DNA of 64,000 bases, taken from NCBI GenBank assembly GCA_036495195.1, contig DASXNH010000025.1, positions 17,524 to 81,523 on the forward strand, read 5' to 3'. How positions within the stretch are numbered: the stretch's first letter is position 1; every line of letters begins with the position of its first letter. The notes beneath the pieces were generated by a model. It made no database searches and was not told the DNA's origin. It was given only the letters and a program-made list of their open reading frames with translations. Source of the stretch: Candidatus Dormiibacterota bacterium (GTDB lineage Bacteria; Chloroflexota; Dormibacteria; Dormibacterales; Dormibacteraceae). Shown piece by piece: positions 19,127 to 27,016 of the stretch. The translations under genes and the position numbers were made by a program.

Positions 19127-19930
19127 ATGCTCCTCCTCATCGGACCCGCGGTAGCTGTGATCGGCATCGTGGCCGTCGTCTTCGTCATGCGCCACAAGTC
19201 GGTCGAGAAGCGCTCCATGTACTCGGCACGCCGCTCCCAGATCGAGCACAAGGTGCGCGCGGCCCGCCAGCGAACCCTGGCCCCGGGGAAGCGCGCCGAC
19301 AAGGGCGAGGCCATCGACCAGACCGCCAGCGCGGCACCGGCGATGACCTACGAGACGTCGGCATACGCCAGCCCTCCAGTGGCGCCGCCTCCTCAAAAAG
19401 CGCAGTCATGGGACGCGGGGCCGGTCACGACCCCGGTTGATACGCCTGCCTTCACTCCTCCGGCGCCTGCCTACGAGCCCCCTCCCGCAGCCCCCGCGTA
19501 CGAGCCGCCCCCGGCACAGCCCGCGTACAGGCCGCCGCCGGCGCAGCCCGCCTACCAGCCACCGCCCTTCGAGGCCCCAGAAACCAAGCCCGAGTGGACG
19601 CCCGCTCCGGCGGCGCCGTTGGAACCGGAACGAGCCGCCGCGGCGGAGCCGCCAGCGAGCTCGGCAGGTGGCGGAGCCTCATGGTCGGTGGTCGGCGAGA
19701 GCAAGGCCTCGTCGGAGCCCGAGCCCGCGCCCAGGAAGAAGAGTTCGAAGGACGCTCAGGCCGGAGCCTGGCAGCTGGCCTCGGGCGAGGTTGCGGGTGA
19801 CGAGCCAGATGACGCCCCCAGGAGGCCGAGCGCTGCTATTGCCATCGCGCAGTACGCGGTGCTTGTCGTCGGCCTGGTCATGGTGCTGATCGGCGTGGTC
19901 GTGATGGTGGCGAACTCACACGGCAGCTAG
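19127..19930 (+). CDS. proline-rich membrane protein with N- and C-terminal TM segments
   Basis: An N-terminal helix (LLLIGPAVAVIGIVAVVFV), a long Pro/Ala-rich middle and a C-terminal helix (AIAIAQYAVLVVGLVMVLIGVVVMV). Confidence 0.6.
   Translation: MLLLIGPAVAVIGIVAVVFVMRHKSVEKRSMYSARRSQIEHKVRAARQRTLAPGKRADKGEAIDQTASAAPAMTYETSAYASPPVAPPPQKAQSWDAGPVTTPVDTPAFTPPAPAYEPPPAAPAYEPPPAQPAYRPPPAQPAYQPPPFEAPETKPEWTPAPAAPLEPERAAAAEPPASSAGGGASWSVVGESKASSEPEPAPRKKSSKDAQAGAWQLASGEVAGDEPDDAPRRPSAAIAIAQYAVLVVGLVMVLIGVVVMVANSHGS
19469..19567 (+). repeat. in-frame 27-bp tandem repeat (about 3.7 units) encoding AYEPPPAxP
   Basis: Read directly from the sequence: gcctacgagccccctcccgcagccccc / gcgtacgagccgcccccggcacagccc / gcgtacaggccgccgccggcgcagccc / gcctaccagccaccgccc. 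Confidence 0.8.
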
Positions 19931-20862
19931 GTCTTGGCGCCGCCTGCGGAGCTAACGGGTAACACGGTCAGTATCGCCGCCGCCAATCCCCGCCCCCCAT
20001 CTGTCATGACCGTGTCGCAGACCAGCGTCCGATAACCAAGCCTCTCGATCTCCGGCGCAACGTCGGCGTCGCGCTGGTCGATTGCAAAAACGCTTGCGAC
20101 CCCTGCGTACATCGCCGCCACCGCAGTTGGGGATGCTTCAAAGCCCATCGCTTGCATCATCGCCACCGTCGGGCCCTTGAGAGCGACGCCGCCAACGATC
20201 GGAGAGACGGCCAGTGTGCGGTCGCGTGCCAAATGCGGACCGAGCACCCGCAAGATCGGCGCAATCGAGATGAGCGGGTTGGAGGGACCGATCACAACGA
20301 GGTCCGCTTGAACTAGCGCAGCCAGCACCTCGGGCGTCGCCTTTGCGGAGTCGATCCCCTCGAAATCGATATGACGCAGCGCCGGCGCCATTCGTTCCCG
20401 CACGAAATATTCCTGAAACGAGAGCACTCCACCATCGGTGTCAAAACGAGTGCGAACCTTTTCATCGGTCATTGGCAGCACAGGCGTCTCGATTCCAAAG
20501 CGGCGGCAAAGTTGTGATGCCGTCTCAGTCAGCCGGCCACCACCTCGCAGCAGCTCGGTGCGAACCAGGTGCGTGGCAAAGTCCTTGTCTCCGATTCGAA
20601 ACCAGGCCTTCTCACCGAGCCGCTGCAGCGCCTCGAGCGTGTGAAACGTGTCGCCCTTGACGCCATAGCCGGCTTCCTCGTTGAAAGCACCGGCGAGCCT
20701 GTAGATGACGGCGTCGAGGTCCGGGCTCACGAGCAGACCCCAGAACTCATCGTCGTCGGCCGTGTTGGCCACGACGGTAAGGTGCCCCGCGGGCAGGATC
20801 GACTGGAAGCCCGAGGCCAGCATGGCGCCGCCCGTGCCACCGGCGAGCACGACCACGTTCAC
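19927..20862 (-). CDS. cofD: 2-phospho-L-lactate transferase (F420-0 synthesis)
   Basis: N-terminus VVVLAGGTGGA and overall CofD/FbiA likeness. It overlaps cofE by 4 nt. Confidence 0.9.
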   Translation of the reverse strand: MNVVVLAGGTGGAMLASGFQSILPAGHLTVVANTADDDEFWGLLVSPDLDAVIYRLAGAFNEEAGYGVKGDTFHTLEALQRLGEKAWFRIGDKDFATHLVRTELLRGGGRLTETASQLCRRFGIETPVLPMTDEKVRTRFDTDGGVLSFQEYFVRERMAPALRHIDFEGIDSAKATPEVLAALVQADLVVIGPSNPLISIAPILRVLGPHLARDRTLAVSPIVGGVALKGPTVAMMQAMGFEASPTAVAAMYAGVASVFAIDQRDADVAPEIERLGYRTLVCDTVMTDGGRGLAAAILTVLPVSSAGGAKT

Positions 20863-21596
20863 CGGAACAGATCCTCCGCAGCCGGACGGACGAACTCGCG
20901 ACCGCTTCCATTACCGCGCAGGTCGAGTCCACGGACGATCACGACCGGCGTTCGGCGCGTCTTCCCCATCACAAGGCCCGCGGCAGCTGCCACCTCGTCG
21001 GCAACGGCGAGCACCGTTGCATGGAGCTCCCTGCCGGCATCGTCTTTTTGCCCGCGCATATCGACCAGGGCCGGCATGCCGGCAACACCGAGCGCAACGT
21101 TGACGATCCCGAGCCGCCACGGACGGCCGAACGTATCCGACACGATCACACCGGCCGTCACTCCAGCGATCTCGCGCAGCCGGTTGCAAAGACGCTCTGC
21201 GCTGGCATCAGGGTCGACCGGGAGCAGCGTCACCACCTCTGCGCCCGGGATGTTCGACCGATCGACTCCGCTGTTGGCGCACACATAGCCGTGGTGCGTC
21301 TGCGTAACCAGGACGCGCTCGGTGCGCAGGATTCGCACGCTTTCGTCGAGGACCACCTGCACAAAGCGCGGGTCGGGTTGAGCGACCAGATGGGGAGCCA
21401 GCCGAATTGCCTCATCGCCCGCGATGACCGTGGACAGATCGCGAGTCCGACCCTCGGCCTTGGACACCACCTTCTGTGCCACAACGACGATGTCTCCGGC
21501 CTCAAGACCTGCCCGCGCCGCGATGAGCTGACCCAGATCGTCGCCGGCACCCACCTCGGGCATTCCGTCGACGCCGATGAGCTCGAGGCGCCTCAA
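20859..21596 (-). CDS. cofE: coenzyme F420-0:L-glutamate ligase, short form without the FbiB nitroreductase-like C-terminal domain
   Basis: 245 aa, CofE-like (VVVAQKVVSKAEGR, DSGVDRSN, IVSDTFGRPWR). TTG start. It overlaps both neighbours by 4 nt. Confidence 0.88.
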   Translation of the reverse strand: MRRLELIGVDGMPEVGAGDDLGQLIAARAGLEAGDIVVVAQKVVSKAEGRTRDLSTVIAGDEAIRLAPHLVAQPDPRFVQVVLDESVRILRTERVLVTQTHHGYVCANSGVDRSNIPGAEVVTLLPVDPDASAERLCNRLREIAGVTAGVIVSDTFGRPWRLGIVNVALGVAGMPALVDMRGQKDDAGRELHATVLAVADEVAAAAGLVMGKTRRTPVVIVRGLDLRGNGSGREFVRPAAEDLFR

Positions 21597-22243
21597 CCCT
21601 TGCGCCGCGCGCGCACAAGGTCTCGTGCGTGCGCGAGATCTTCGGGCTCATCGAGGTCCAGGGCCATCGCGTCCGATTTGTGGACAGCAAAATTGGCCCC
21701 CTTCGTCTCGGCTTCGCGCCTGAATGCCCTCAGCGAGTCATCGCCGAAACGCAGCGAGATCGCGTCCGGAGGACTCAGGTACAGCGCGTTGGTGCCTCCC
21801 CTCCCAATCGCCGGCGCCGCCACGACGGCTGGTGGCACAACGCGACTGGCGACGTCCAACATTTCGTGGACAGATTTCGATGTAACCAGGGGCAGGTCGC
21901 TGGACAGAATGAGGACAGCACGAGCCTTGCTCTTGAGCGCATACGAGATTCCACGCTTGGCGGCAGTGTTCTGGCCTTCCTGGCGCCTTTCGATGACCGC
22001 CTCCACGCCAAGGCGCTCCGCGATCTCCTTTACCTCGGGGCTGCCGCCAACGACGAGGCGGTGATCACCGGCGGCAGCGGCCCGAATCGCTCGCTCGGCA
22101 TTTCGGAGAGCGAGCGCCCGACGCGCGTGCGAGTCGAGGACTTCGCCCAAGCGCTGCTTGGCCTGGTCGAGATCCTTGACCAGGACGATGACCCAGGCTC
22201 CGGAGTCGTCGGTCGCTTTGACACGGCCCGGCATCAGCCCCAT
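21593..22243 (-). CDS. cofC: 2-phospho-L-lactate (or PEP/3PG) guanylyltransferase
   Basis: CofC/FbiD-like ([24 protein letters not shown]) and its position inside the F420 operon. Confidence 0.8.
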   Translation of the reverse strand: MGLMPGRVKATDDSGAWVIVLVKDLDQAKQRLGEVLDSHARRALALRNAERAIRAAAAGDHRLVVGGSPEVKEIAERLGVEAVIERRQEGQNTAAKRGISYALKSKARAVLILSSDLPLVTSKSVHEMLDVASRVVPPAVVAAPAIGRGGTNALYLSPPDAISLRFGDDSLRAFRREAETKGANFAVHKSDAMALDLDEPEDLAHARDLVRARRKG

Positions 22244-23241
22244 CGGGCGCGAATCCGAGGCAGGATCTGCGAACCGTAAAGCTCGAGGAAACGCGCCTGA
22301 TCGTTGCCTGGCGCATGAAAGACAAGGTGGTTGAACCCAAGCTCGAGGTATGGGCGAAGCTGCTCCAGGTGCTCGTCCGGATCATTTGAGACAAGCCAGC
22401 GGCGGTGCGCGACATTCTCGACCTCGCGCGCGAGCCGCTCCATCTCCCGCGGGTCGTCGATGCCCGCCTTCTGGTCCGCAGGAAGAGCCAGAGCCGCCCA
22501 GATCTTGGTGTCCTCCATCGCGCGTTCGCGGTCGGTGTCGTAAGAGACCTTCACCTCGATCATCTTGTCGAGGTCGGCGGAGTCGCGGCCCGACTCGGTC
22601 GCGCCTTCGGCAAAAGATGGCAGGAGCTGTTCGGAGTAAAGCTCCATGCCCTTCCCTGACGTGCAGATGAGGCCGTCGCCCGCACGCCCAGCGAACTTCG
22701 CCACCTGCGGTCCGCCCGCGCCCACGTAGATCGGGATCGGCTGGTCTGGCTTGTCGTAAATCGTTGCATTGCGGGTGTGGTAGTACTCACCGTCGACCGT
22801 CACGAGCTCCTGGGTCCATAGCTGCTTGATAAGGCGCACCGCCTCACGGAGTCGAGCGAAACGCTCTTTGTTGTCAGGCCACTGGATGCCGAGGGCGCCT
22901 TCGTTGAGATGCTCGCCGGTACCGACGCCGAGGATCATGCGATCCGGGTACAGCGAGCCCAGCGTGCCGAAGGCCTGGGCGACGATTGCAGGGTGGTAGC
23001 GAAAGGTCGGAGTCGCCACCGAGGTGCCCAGCGCGACGCGCTTCGTTCTCTCTCCGGTCGCCGCCAGCCACGCGAAGGCGAAGGGTGCGTGGCCATCGGA
23101 GTGGCGCCATGGCTGGAAGTGGTCACTCACGAACACGCTGTCGAAGCCGCGCTCCTCGGCTGCGACGGCGAAATCGAGCAGCGGGCGAGGGCCGAACTGC
23201 TCGGCCGAGGCCTTGTAACCCAGCCTTAACATCTTGTCCAA
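22234..23241 (-). CDS. fgd: F420-dependent glucose-6-phosphate dehydrogenase (LLM family)
   Basis: Near-collinear with mycobacterial Fgd1 as I recall it: [53 protein letters not shown]. The start could be TTG 23241 or ATG 23232 (MLRLGYK, with GAAGG upstream). Confidence 0.9.
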   Translation of the reverse strand: MDKMLRLGYKASAEQFGPRPLLDFAVAAEERGFDSVFVSDHFQPWRHSDGHAPFAFAWLAATGERTKRVALGTSVATPTFRYHPAIVAQAFGTLGSLYPDRMILGVGTGEHLNEGALGIQWPDNKERFARLREAVRLIKQLWTQELVTVDGEYYHTRNATIYDKPDQPIPIYVGAGGPQVAKFAGRAGDGLICTSGKGMELYSEQLLPSFAEGATESGRDSADLDKMIEVKVSYDTDRERAMEDTKIWAALALPADQKAGIDDPREMERLAREVENVAHRRWLVSNDPDEHLEQLRPYLELGFNHLVFHAPGNDQARFLELYGSQILPRIRARWG

Positions 23242-23245
23242 CCTT

Positions 23246-23431
23246 CTATCGCTTGTAGTAGCGATTCCAGCTGAAGCCGATGCCGCCCGCAGCCGCCGCG
23301 ACCACGACGACGCCGAGCGCGATGAGCGAGTGGCCGTCGAGATTGCCGAGCCCGCCGATGAGGAGGAGAGCGAGCGCGCCGACCGCGAGCAGCATCATGG
23401 CGACCAGCGTGACGGCGCGGTGGACCTTCAT
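23246..23431 (-). CDS. small two-helix membrane protein (61 aa), hypothetical
   Basis: Two clear hydrophobic helices. It ends 5 nt before fgd. No family recognised, and it could be spurious. Confidence 0.4.
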   Translation of the reverse strand: MKVHRAVTLVAMMLLAVGALALLLIGGLGNLDGHSLIALGVVVVAAAAGGIGFSWNRYYKR

Positions 23432-23693
23432 CGTCCCATCAGCTTACCGCCGCACGGGAGTGGGGCCGGAGTGCCGGCCGAGAGAGGTGGACATCCAGGG
23501 ACGCCTCCCATGGGGTTCGCCATGGGGGGCCCAGCGGAAGGTGGCCCGGCCCGCAGCGCAAGCCTCTGGGTTCCCCGCGCTCGTGGTGCGCAGGTGCAGC
23601 GACGGCGGGACACGCCCCGCAACATCCGGATCGGCCGCACGGGCTCCAAAGATCCGGTGGCATCTCTGGTCCCATTCCGATTAGGGTCGACGA

Positions 23694-24317
23694 ATGGCCG
23701 GCGACCTACCCCGCGTGATCCACCTTGAGTCGGTGGCCTCGACCCAGGACGTCGCTCGCGATCTGCCGGTCGGATCGGTCGTCGTTGCCGATCATCAGAC
23801 CGCCGGACGCGGGCGCCTCGATCATCGATGGGAAGCGCCACCGGGCACGGCCCTTCTCGTCTCCTTTGTCCTGGCACCGAACCCTCTGCTGAGCCTCGCT
23901 GCCGGAGTTGCCGCGGCGGAGGCCTGCGATCACGGTGTGAGGCTTAAATGGCCCAACGACCTGCTCCTTGGCGGCCGCAAGGTTGGAGGCATCCTCGTCG
24001 AGGCGACGCCGGCCAAAGCCATGTGCGGGATCGGCATCAACCTCACCTGGGCTCCTGACGGCGCCGCCAGCCTGAACCAGCCTCGCGACTGGCTGCTGGC
24101 CAGGCTGAGCATCGCAGTCGAGAAGTGGAGCTCAGCGCCCCTGCAAGAGGTGCTGGCGCGGTGGCGCGAGCTTTCCGAGACCATCGGACGCAGGGTTCGC
24201 GTGCAACTGCCAGATCGCGCTTTCGAAGGGTTGGCTGAGGACATCAACGAGCGTGGGGAGCTGCTGGTCGACGGCGCGGCGGTGAGCGCCGGAAGCCTTA
24301 CGCATCTAGCAGAGTAA
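23694..24317 (+). CDS. birA: biotin--[acetyl-CoA-carboxylase] ligase, group I (no N-terminal HTH)
   Basis: HQTAGRGRLDHRWEAPPGTALLVS matches the BirA GRGRxGRxW motif. KWPND follows. At 207 aa there is no room for a repressor domain. Confidence 0.85.
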   Translation: MAGDLPRVIHLESVASTQDVARDLPVGSVVVADHQTAGRGRLDHRWEAPPGTALLVSFVLAPNPLLSLAAGVAAAEACDHGVRLKWPNDLLLGGRKVGGILVEATPAKAMCGIGINLTWAPDGAASLNQPRDWLLARLSIAVEKWSSAPLQEVLARWRELSETIGRRVRVQLPDRAFEGLAEDINERGELLVDGAAVSAGSLTHLAE

Positions 24318-25041
24318 GAATCGCCGGCAGCACTTCGCCGGCGCGGCCGTGGATCACGACTTCCGCAAGCGAATCCAGCGGCGTCGGTTCGGTGTTGATG
24401 ATGATCAGCCTCGCGCCTGTACGCAATGCGGCCAGCGGAACGTCGGCTGCCGGGCGGACCACCAGCGACGAGCCGACGACGAGCATGACATCAGCGCTTT
24501 GGGCAAGAGCCAACGCCTCATGCATGGCACCCGCCGGCATCGGCTCACCAAAGAGCACCACGGTCGGTTTGAGAAACATGCCCCCGCACGACTTGCAGAT
24601 CGGCGGCATCTCGACGGCCAGCCGGGCCTGAAGGACCGCGCGCGACTCGCGCCGCCCGCAGTCCAGGCATTGAACCGTGCGGCTGGACCCGTGAAGCTCG
24701 ACCACGCGCCGGCTGCCCGAGGCCTGATGCAGGCCGTCGGTGTTCTGCGTCACTACCGCCACGAGAGCGCCTGCCGCCTCGAGCGCGACGAGCGCCATGT
24801 GGCCAGGGTTGGGTCGTGCGGCCAGCGAGATGGCGCCCCGCTCCTTCGATACCTTCCAGTAGGCCGTTAGATCCTGCATGAATGAATCGATCGAAGAGAC
24901 CTTGACCGGATCGTACTTGGCCCAGAGTCCACCCGGTCCGCGAAACGTCGGGATGCCGCTTTCCGCAGACGCCCCCGCCCCCGTGAAGGCCACTCCGCTT
25001 CGTGCCGCCGAGAGCAGCTCAGCGGCTCGCTCGACCGTCAT
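24298..25041 (-). CDS. cobB: NAD-dependent protein deacylase (sirtuin, Sir2 family)
   Basis: GAGASAESGIPTFRG, TQNTDGLH, ELHG, and the Zn ribbon CLDCG...CKSCGG. The start ATG 25041 overlaps the upstream cyclase stop as ATGA. Confidence 0.9.
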   Translation of the reverse strand: MTVERAAELLSAARSGVAFTGAGASAESGIPTFRGPGGLWAKYDPVKVSSIDSFMQDLTAYWKVSKERGAISLAARPNPGHMALVALEAAGALVAVVTQNTDGLHQASGSRRVVELHGSSRTVQCLDCGRRESRAVLQARLAVEMPPICKSCGGMFLKPTVVLFGEPMPAGAMHEALALAQSADVMLVVGSSLVVRPAADVPLAALRTGARLIIINTEPTPLDSLAEVVIHGRAGEVLPAILTLLDA

Positions 25042-27002
25042 GCCTGCGTTTCTTGAGCCGTCGCGAAAACGGATTGTTCGCCGTAGCGCTGCTTGTTCAT
25101 CTCGTAGGAATCCTGCGCAGCCTGGGTCGGGATCCGAACCCATAGGGCTTCGCCGTGCTCACGGATCGCGCTCACTTTCATGACGCGGAATTTCTCAGCC
25201 GATTTTCCCTTCAGCTGAATGCCTGGCATCTCGTCGACGGCTATGTATTCGGAGCACGCCTCGAACGTTGGCCACCCTACGAGAATCTCGAACGCCGGTG
25301 CCGCGCTGCAGAAGCGGGCCGCCGTGTTGACGGTGTCTCCGAGCGCCGTGTATTGCAAACGATCCTTGCTTCCCATGTTCCCCACCACCGCTGGGCCCGA
25401 GTTGATGCCGATGCCCCACCTTACCGGTGGAAGGCCATGCTCGACCAGTTTCGACTGCAGAGCCGGGGCCTGGGCGATCAGGTCGTACGCGCAGCGCAGC
25501 GCCAGCAGAGCGTGATTCGGCTGGTGGACCGGCGCATTCCATAACGCGACCACCTCATCGCCGACGTACTTGTCGATGGTCCCGTCCCATTTGAGGATGA
25601 GCGCGCTGATGTCATCCAGGTAGTGCTGGATCACCGACAGCACATCCTCGGCCGCCATCGCCTCGGACATCGCAGTGAAGCCGCGAATGTCCACGAACAA
25701 AAGCGTGAGGTCACGCCGTTCGCCCTTGGAGATGATCTCGCCGACCGAGTGAGTGGCGGCGAGCTGTCTCACGATTCGCGGGTCGACGTAGTGGCCAAAG
25801 ATGCGCTCGACCTTGCGTCTCTCGCGATCTTCGAGGACGTATCGCGCCGCCAGCGAAAACGCGGCCGACAGGACGATGGCGATCGGCGCATAGAGCGGAT
25901 CGGCCAGGTATCCGGACTTGCCCAGCACGAAGATTCCCGCGTAGTAGGCCACCAGCAGCGCGGCGGTGAAGATCGCGGCGATGCGGAATGACAGCACGTA
26001 AACGATGACCGCGACCATGAGCGAGAGGACGACGATGGCCAGCAGCATCGAGTTGGTGGGCTGAACGCGGACGTAGCGGTCGGAGAGGATCGTGGTCATG
26101 GCATCGCCCATGATTCGGTAGCCGTAGTTCTGGTTGTCGAGCATGCAGCGCAGCCGGCTAGCTGGGCAAAAGGTGCTGTCGTGGGTAAAGCTGACAGCTT
26201 GCGAGTAGACATCGCCACCATCGACGAGCTTGGAGCCGACGACGACGATGTGGCCGGTGATCTGTTCGGGGTCTTGACAGCTGGAATTCTCGGCGTCCTG
26301 GAATGAGCAGCTCGGCCCACCGCCTCTGGTGAAGTTGATGAGCATCTGATCGCCCACGAGGGGGATGTGGTGAGGGCCAAAGGTCGCTCGATCGCCGCTC
26401 ACCTGTAACGCGTCACTGATTCCCTGGGATATCCGGAGTGCCTGGATGAATGCCGGTTCGTCGGCTTCGTTCTGGTTGCATGTCGCATTTGGATCAGGGC
26501 GCAGCACGACGCCTCGAATGTTGTTGGCGTCGTCAGGGGCGGCCAGACCGCGCTCGCCGACAGCAGCCGCGAACTGCAGGAAAGCGTCCATAGGGTGGAC
26601 GTCGGCAGTACACACCAGGACCACATTCCCCGCTTTCTTGATCGCGACGATCAGCGGAGCATTCGTGTCGACCTTGGGCTCCTCAGTGGTCGGCGCTGTG
26701 GGCTGGTCGAGTGGGAAGTCGTAGAGGATCACCGACGGGTGAAGGCTCGTCAGGTAGGAGATGACCCTTGCGTGATCGGCGTTGGTCAAGGTGCCGATGG
26801 CCGCCATGGAGGGCTGGTCGAGCGCGATGAACGTCACCCTTTGATCAGGCTTCGGAGCTGGGAACAGCTGGTCCTGGGCGGCGAAGAAAGGCCCGTTCAT
26901 GACGCCGCGAGTGCTCAGGATCACGACGAGCACGCCGGCAAGAAGTCCCGCCAGCGCGAAGCGCCAGGCGAGGCGCCAGTCGCCCACACGCTCGCGGACC
27001 AT
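25038..27002 (-). CDS. CHASE2 sensor domain-containing class III adenylate/guanylate cyclase (copy 2)
   Basis: Same architecture as copy 1. The catalytic domains look closely similar by eye (TLLFVDIRGFTAMSE, DKYVGDEVVALWNAP, LQYTALGDTVNTAARF). Confidence 0.9.
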   Translation of the reverse strand: MVRERVGDWRLAWRFALAGLLAGVLVVILSTRGVMNGPFFAAQDQLFPAPKPDQRVTFIALDQPSMAAIGTLTNADHARVISYLTSLHPSVILYDFPLDQPTAPTTEEPKVDTNAPLIVAIKKAGNVVLVCTADVHPMDAFLQFAAAVGERGLAAPDDANNIRGVVLRPDPNATCNQNEADEPAFIQALRISQGISDALQVSGDRATFGPHHIPLVGDQMLINFTRGGGPSCSFQDAENSSCQDPEQITGHIVVVGSKLVDGGDVYSQAVSFTHDSTFCPASRLRCMLDNQNYGYRIMGDAMTTILSDRYVRVQPTNSMLLAIVVLSLMVAVIVYVLSFRIAAIFTAALLVAYYAGIFVLGKSGYLADPLYAPIAIVLSAAFSLAARYVLEDRERRKVERIFGHYVDPRIVRQLAATHSVGEIISKGERRDLTLLFVDIRGFTAMSEAMAAEDVLSVIQHYLDDISALILKWDGTIDKYVGDEVVALWNAPVHQPNHALLALRCAYDLIAQAPALQSKLVEHGLPPVRWGIGINSGPAVVGNMGSKDRLQYTALGDTVNTAARFCSAAPAFEILVGWPTFEACSEYIAVDEMPGIQLKGKSAEKFRVMKVSAIREHGEALWVRIPTQAAQDSYEMNKQRYGEQSVFATAQETQA

Positions 27003-27009
27003 GCGCCGC

Positions 27010-27016
27010 TATGTTA
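27010..27016. promoter_or_regulatory. overlapping divergent -10-like hexamers (TATGTT on plus, TAACAT on minus)
   Basis: The start codons of the cyclase (27002, minus) and the MFS gene (27011, plus) are only 8 bp apart. TAACAT ends 9 nt upstream of the cyclase ATG. TATGTT ends 8 nt upstream of an in-frame GTG at 27023. Confidence 0.35.

Noticed and set aside
19440-19620. Short tandem repeats as a possible CRISPR or minisatellite
   Set aside because: The units are 27 bp with no spacers. They are in frame and encode a proline-rich peptide repeat inside a CDS. No repeat-spacer architecture exists anywhere in the window.
24298-25143. Sir2-domain gene as a possible anti-phage (Thoeris/DSR/SIR2-HerA-type) effector
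   Set aside because: It has the full housekeeping sirtuin motif set, including the Zn ribbon, and is of normal size. It lacks SLOG, TIR, HerA or other defence partners and sits in a core-gene context.
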